Sequence record: DRR723986_3990
Reading direction: 5' to 3' (one strand)
Length of the DNA stretch: 41,550 nt
A program made the translations under genes and the position numbers. The notes beneath the pieces are model-generated. The model searched no databases. It was given only the letters and a program-made list of their open reading frames with translations, and was not told where the DNA came from. This document shows positions 38,969-41,550 of this stretch, in pieces; positions within the stretch are counted from its first letter, which is position 1, and each line of letters starts with the position of its first letter.

Positions 38969-39859
38969 TTACGATGTTCCGCGGAGGAACTTCACAATCC
39001 CTGAGAAATCCTGGGCTTCGCCACCTGTATTACAGAACAGCGAATAGAGCGCCGCCGCTTCCGCACCCAACGGCGTTGCCGCGCCGGCCGAATTTGCTGC
39101 TTCCTGAGCAAGTTTCAGATCCTTGAGCATCATCGCGGCTGCAAACCCAGGTTGATAATCCCGGTTCGCAGGAGACGACGGCAGCGGTCCCGGCACCGGG
39201 CAGTAGGATGTCAGGGACCAGCACTGACCAGACGCCGTCGAGGAGATGTCAAACAACTTCTGCTTGTCCAGACCAAGCTTCTCGGCGAGCACAAATGCCT
39301 CCGATACGGCGATCATGGAAATGCCGAGGATCATGTTGTTGCAGATCTTCGCCGCCTGACCGGTTCCGGCGTCGCCTGCATGCACGATGGTCTTGCCCAT
39401 GATGTCGAGATAGGTTTTCGCCGCTTCGAATGCCTCGGCGGATCCACCGACCATGAAAGTCAGCGTTCCACCCGCTGCACCGGCAACACCGCCGGAGACC
39501 GGCGCGTCGACCATTTTCATGCCTCTTGCCTCTGCCGCAGCACTGACCGCACGGGCGCTGTCGACGTCGATAGTCGAGGAATCGATCATGAGAGTGCCGG
39601 GCTTGGCGTTGTCGAGAATGCCGCCCTCGCCTTCATAGATCTGACGGACATGCTTTCCGGCAGGCAGCATGGTGACGATCACGTCGGCAGCAGCAGCCAG
39701 GTCAGCGACACTACCTGCCCTTTCACCACCCTCCGCTTCGTGTGCCGCCATGGCCGCATCGGACAGATCAAAGCCGAGTACCTTGTGCCCTGCCTTGACG
39801 AGATTGATCGCCATCGGTCCGCCCATGTTGCCAAGACCGATAAATCCGATAGTGCTCAT
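38969..39859 (-). CDS. mmsB: 3-hydroxyisobutyrate dehydrogenase
   Basis: IGFIGLGNMG, DAPVSGG, AKICNNM, MLKDL; GGAGG before ATG 39859. Confidence 0.96.
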   Translation of the reverse strand: MSTIGFIGLGNMGGPMAINLVKAGHKVLGFDLSDAAMAAHEAEGGERAGSVADLAAAADVIVTMLPAGKHVRQIYEGEGGILDNAKPGTLMIDSSTIDVDSARAVSAAAEARGMKMVDAPVSGGVAGAAGGTLTFMVGGSAEAFEAAKTYLDIMGKTIVHAGDAGTGQAAKICNNMILGISMIAVSEAFVLAEKLGLDKQKLFDISSTASGQCWSLTSYCPVPGPLPSSPANRDYQPGFAAAMMLKDLKLAQEAANSAGAATPLGAEAAALYSLFCNTGGEAQDFSGIVKFLRGTS

Positions 39860-39959
39860 GATGGTTTCCTCCCAGAGAGATTTCATGTTGATTTTGAATC
39901 TGTTGGCTGGCCGTCTTGAACTGCCGTTCCAGGCACTTCAAAAACTGATTCAACCGCCG

Positions 39960-40379
39960 TCAGCCGGCATTGGCCTTGTTTTCCCTGTCCATCAGGAAGG
40001 CCAGCCCGGCATAGATTGCGATTGTCAGCAGGTAGAAGGCGATTTCATATGGCCGGCGGCCGTAGAGATCGGAAAAGGCTGTGTGCATGACGATCTGGCA
40101 GAAGCAGCGGAAAATCCACATCACCGTGCCCCAGGACACGGTCAGCCAGAGGCCGGTCGCGGCCACCAGGTCCAGGACGGCAAAAAAGACGATGGCTCCC
40201 TGCAGCGCCACGGGCATGTCCCAGAACCACAATCCACGCCATTCGACGATGCCGATAATGCGGGCCCAGTAGATGACGCCGCCGCCGATGAGAATGATCG
40301 CAATGCCGCGCAGATACCAGATCAGCAGCGTGCTCCAGGGTGGGCGGGAATCGATCAGGTCCTGAAAGCTGGTAATCAT
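39960..40379 (-). CDS. Small four-TM membrane protein (DUF6163-like)
   Basis: Four hydrophobic segments, AVLDLVAATGLW...WG.V.W; fills the gap between two co-oriented genes; family name from recollection. Confidence 0.78.
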   Translation of the reverse strand: MITSFQDLIDSRPPWSTLLIWYLRGIAIILIGGGVIYWARIIGIVEWRGLWFWDMPVALQGAIVFFAVLDLVAATGLWLTVSWGTVMWIFRCFCQIVMHTAFSDLYGRRPYEIAFYLLTIAIYAGLAFLMDRENKANAG

Positions 40380-40402
40380 GTGCTGTCCGGGTCAGGTTGA
40401 GC

Positions 40403-41440
40403 TCAGCTGAGCGGCAGATCTCCGTCAGCAGGTTCCTCGAAATACGACGCCAGCTCGGCGCTGTCCACTTGGCCAAACTGGGCAGGCGACCATTTTGGCG
40501 CCTGATCCTTGTCGACCAGCACAGCACGAATGCCTTCGTAGAACTCCGTCCCCTGCAGAATGCGCGAGACGATGCGATATTCAAGCTTCATGCATTCATT
40601 AAAGGAAAGCTTGCGTCCTCGCTTCATTTGCTCGAATGCAATCAGAACGCTTGTCGGTGATTTTTGCCGGATGGCGGCCGCGGCCTTCCCGGCAAATTCG
40701 TTCTGCGAAGCATCCAGACGCGACAGAATGTCTTCCACCGATGCAGCCGAAAAGATCTCGTCGATAACGTCGAGACTTTCGCAGACGGGCCCCTTCTCCG
40801 GCGTCATCAGATACGGCGCAAGCACTGCGCCGATATCGTCTGCTGTTTCAAGGTCCTGTTCCAGGTCAGCAAGGCTTTCTTCCGAAACGGCGTGGGTCAG
40901 GACGCCGGTAGCCAGAGCATCGCCCTGTTTCAGCCTGCCGGAGCTAAGTGCACAGTAGACGCCACTGTTCCTGGGCATGCGCGGCAGGAAGAATGTCCCG
41001 CCGACATCAGGAAAGAAGCCAATTCCGGTCTCAGGCATCGCAAACAACGTCTTTTCCGTGCCGATGCGATAGCTGCCATGAACAGACACCCCGACACCGC
41101 CGCCCATGACAATCCCGTTGACAAGAGCGATGTATGGCTTCGGATAGGCCTTGATCTGTGCGTTGAGCATGTACTCGTCACGGAAGAAGGCACTCAGGCC
41201 GTCGGTCTGCCCGCTCATTCGGGCATCATAGATGCTGCGAATGTCGCCACCTGCGCAGAACGCCTTGTCGCCAGCACCCGTAACGACGATGTGTGCGATT
41301 TCCGGATCTTCCGCCCAGCGCGACAATTGCTCAGCCATTGCCAGGACCATGGCGTGGTTGATCGCATTCAGTGCCTTCGGCCGGTTCAGGATGACAAATC
41401 CGGCCTTGCCGCGCTTCTGGAAAAGAATCTCGTCGCTCAC
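40403..41440 (-). CDS. 3-hydroxyisobutyryl-CoA hydrolase-like enoyl-CoA hydratase/isomerase
   Basis: LNRPKALNA, FCAGGDI, MGGGVG, MPETGIGFFPDVG, EGIRAVLVDKD. Confidence 0.94.
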   Translation of the reverse strand: MSDEILFQKRGKAGFVILNRPKALNAINHAMVLAMAEQLSRWAEDPEIAHIVVTGAGDKAFCAGGDIRSIYDARMSGQTDGLSAFFRDEYMLNAQIKAYPKPYIALVNGIVMGGGVGVSVHGSYRIGTEKTLFAMPETGIGFFPDVGGTFFLPRMPRNSGVYCALSSGRLKQGDALATGVLTHAVSEESLADLEQDLETADDIGAVLAPYLMTPEKGPVCESLDVIDEIFSAASVEDILSRLDASQNEFAGKAAAAIRQKSPTSVLIAFEQMKRGRKLSFNECMKLEYRIVSRILQGTEFYEGIRAVLVDKDQAPKWSPAQFGQVDSAELASYFEEPADGDLPLS

Positions 41441-41493
41441 TGGCGCCTCGCAAAAAGAAGAGTCGTTTCAACGGAATGGGGCGGAAAACTCGA

Positions 41494-41550
41494 TCAGTCC
41501 TTCAGCAGCTGCCGCGCAATGATCAGCCGCATGATCTCGTTGGTGCCTTC
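41494..41550 (-). CDS. C-terminus of an acyl-CoA dehydrogenase (probably isobutyryl-CoA dehydrogenase), partial
   Basis: Minus strand reads EGTNEIMRLIIARQLLKD-stop, the standard acyl-CoA dehydrogenase C-terminal motif; not in the ORF track. Confidence 0.88.
   Translation of the reverse strand, partial: EGTNEIMRLIIARQLLKD

Noticed and set aside
1..41550. Mobile elements, att repeats, CRISPR arrays, toxin-antitoxin or anti-phage systems
   Set aside because: No integrase, transposase, cas, nuclease or reverse-transcriptase motifs, no repeat-spacer periodicity, and no second copy of the tRNA 3' end seen by eye.

Overview
Chromosomal segment of a GC-rich alphaproteobacterium. Gene order is Hyphomicrobiales-type; a Roseibium/Labrenzia-like host is my inference. 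The window opens with the 3' end of a tRNA, probably tRNA-Pro (1-29). About 21 kb of accessory-looking DNA follows: a low-GC glycan cassette (GT-B glycosyltransferase, sulfotransferase, two-domain GT2) joined to rmlCBDA; a divergent Dpp/Ddp-type peptide ABC locus with an XRE-cupin regulator, M24 peptidase and stand-alone GAF protein; a DUF389-type membrane protein; a 62-aa small ORF; an orphan cytochrome P450 with an atypical I-helix; a secreted glycerophosphodiesterase; and a 463-aa hypothetical protein. The right half is conserved housekeeping DNA: Cbp3-like chaperone-yceD-plsX-fabH-ihfA-merR, bamE, hppA, an MFS transporter, glyA-nrdR-ribD-ribE-ribH-nusB-thiL, ldtR-ldtP and valine-catabolism genes. 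I found no integrase, transposase, CRISPR array or recognisable defence system. The best candidates for undescribed biology are the tRNA-linked sulfated rhamnose-glycan cassette, the AGHGST P450, the DUF4261-like protein with a MinD-like tail, and the small ORF behind a CtrA-like box. Family assignments come from motif recognition by eye, not database searches.
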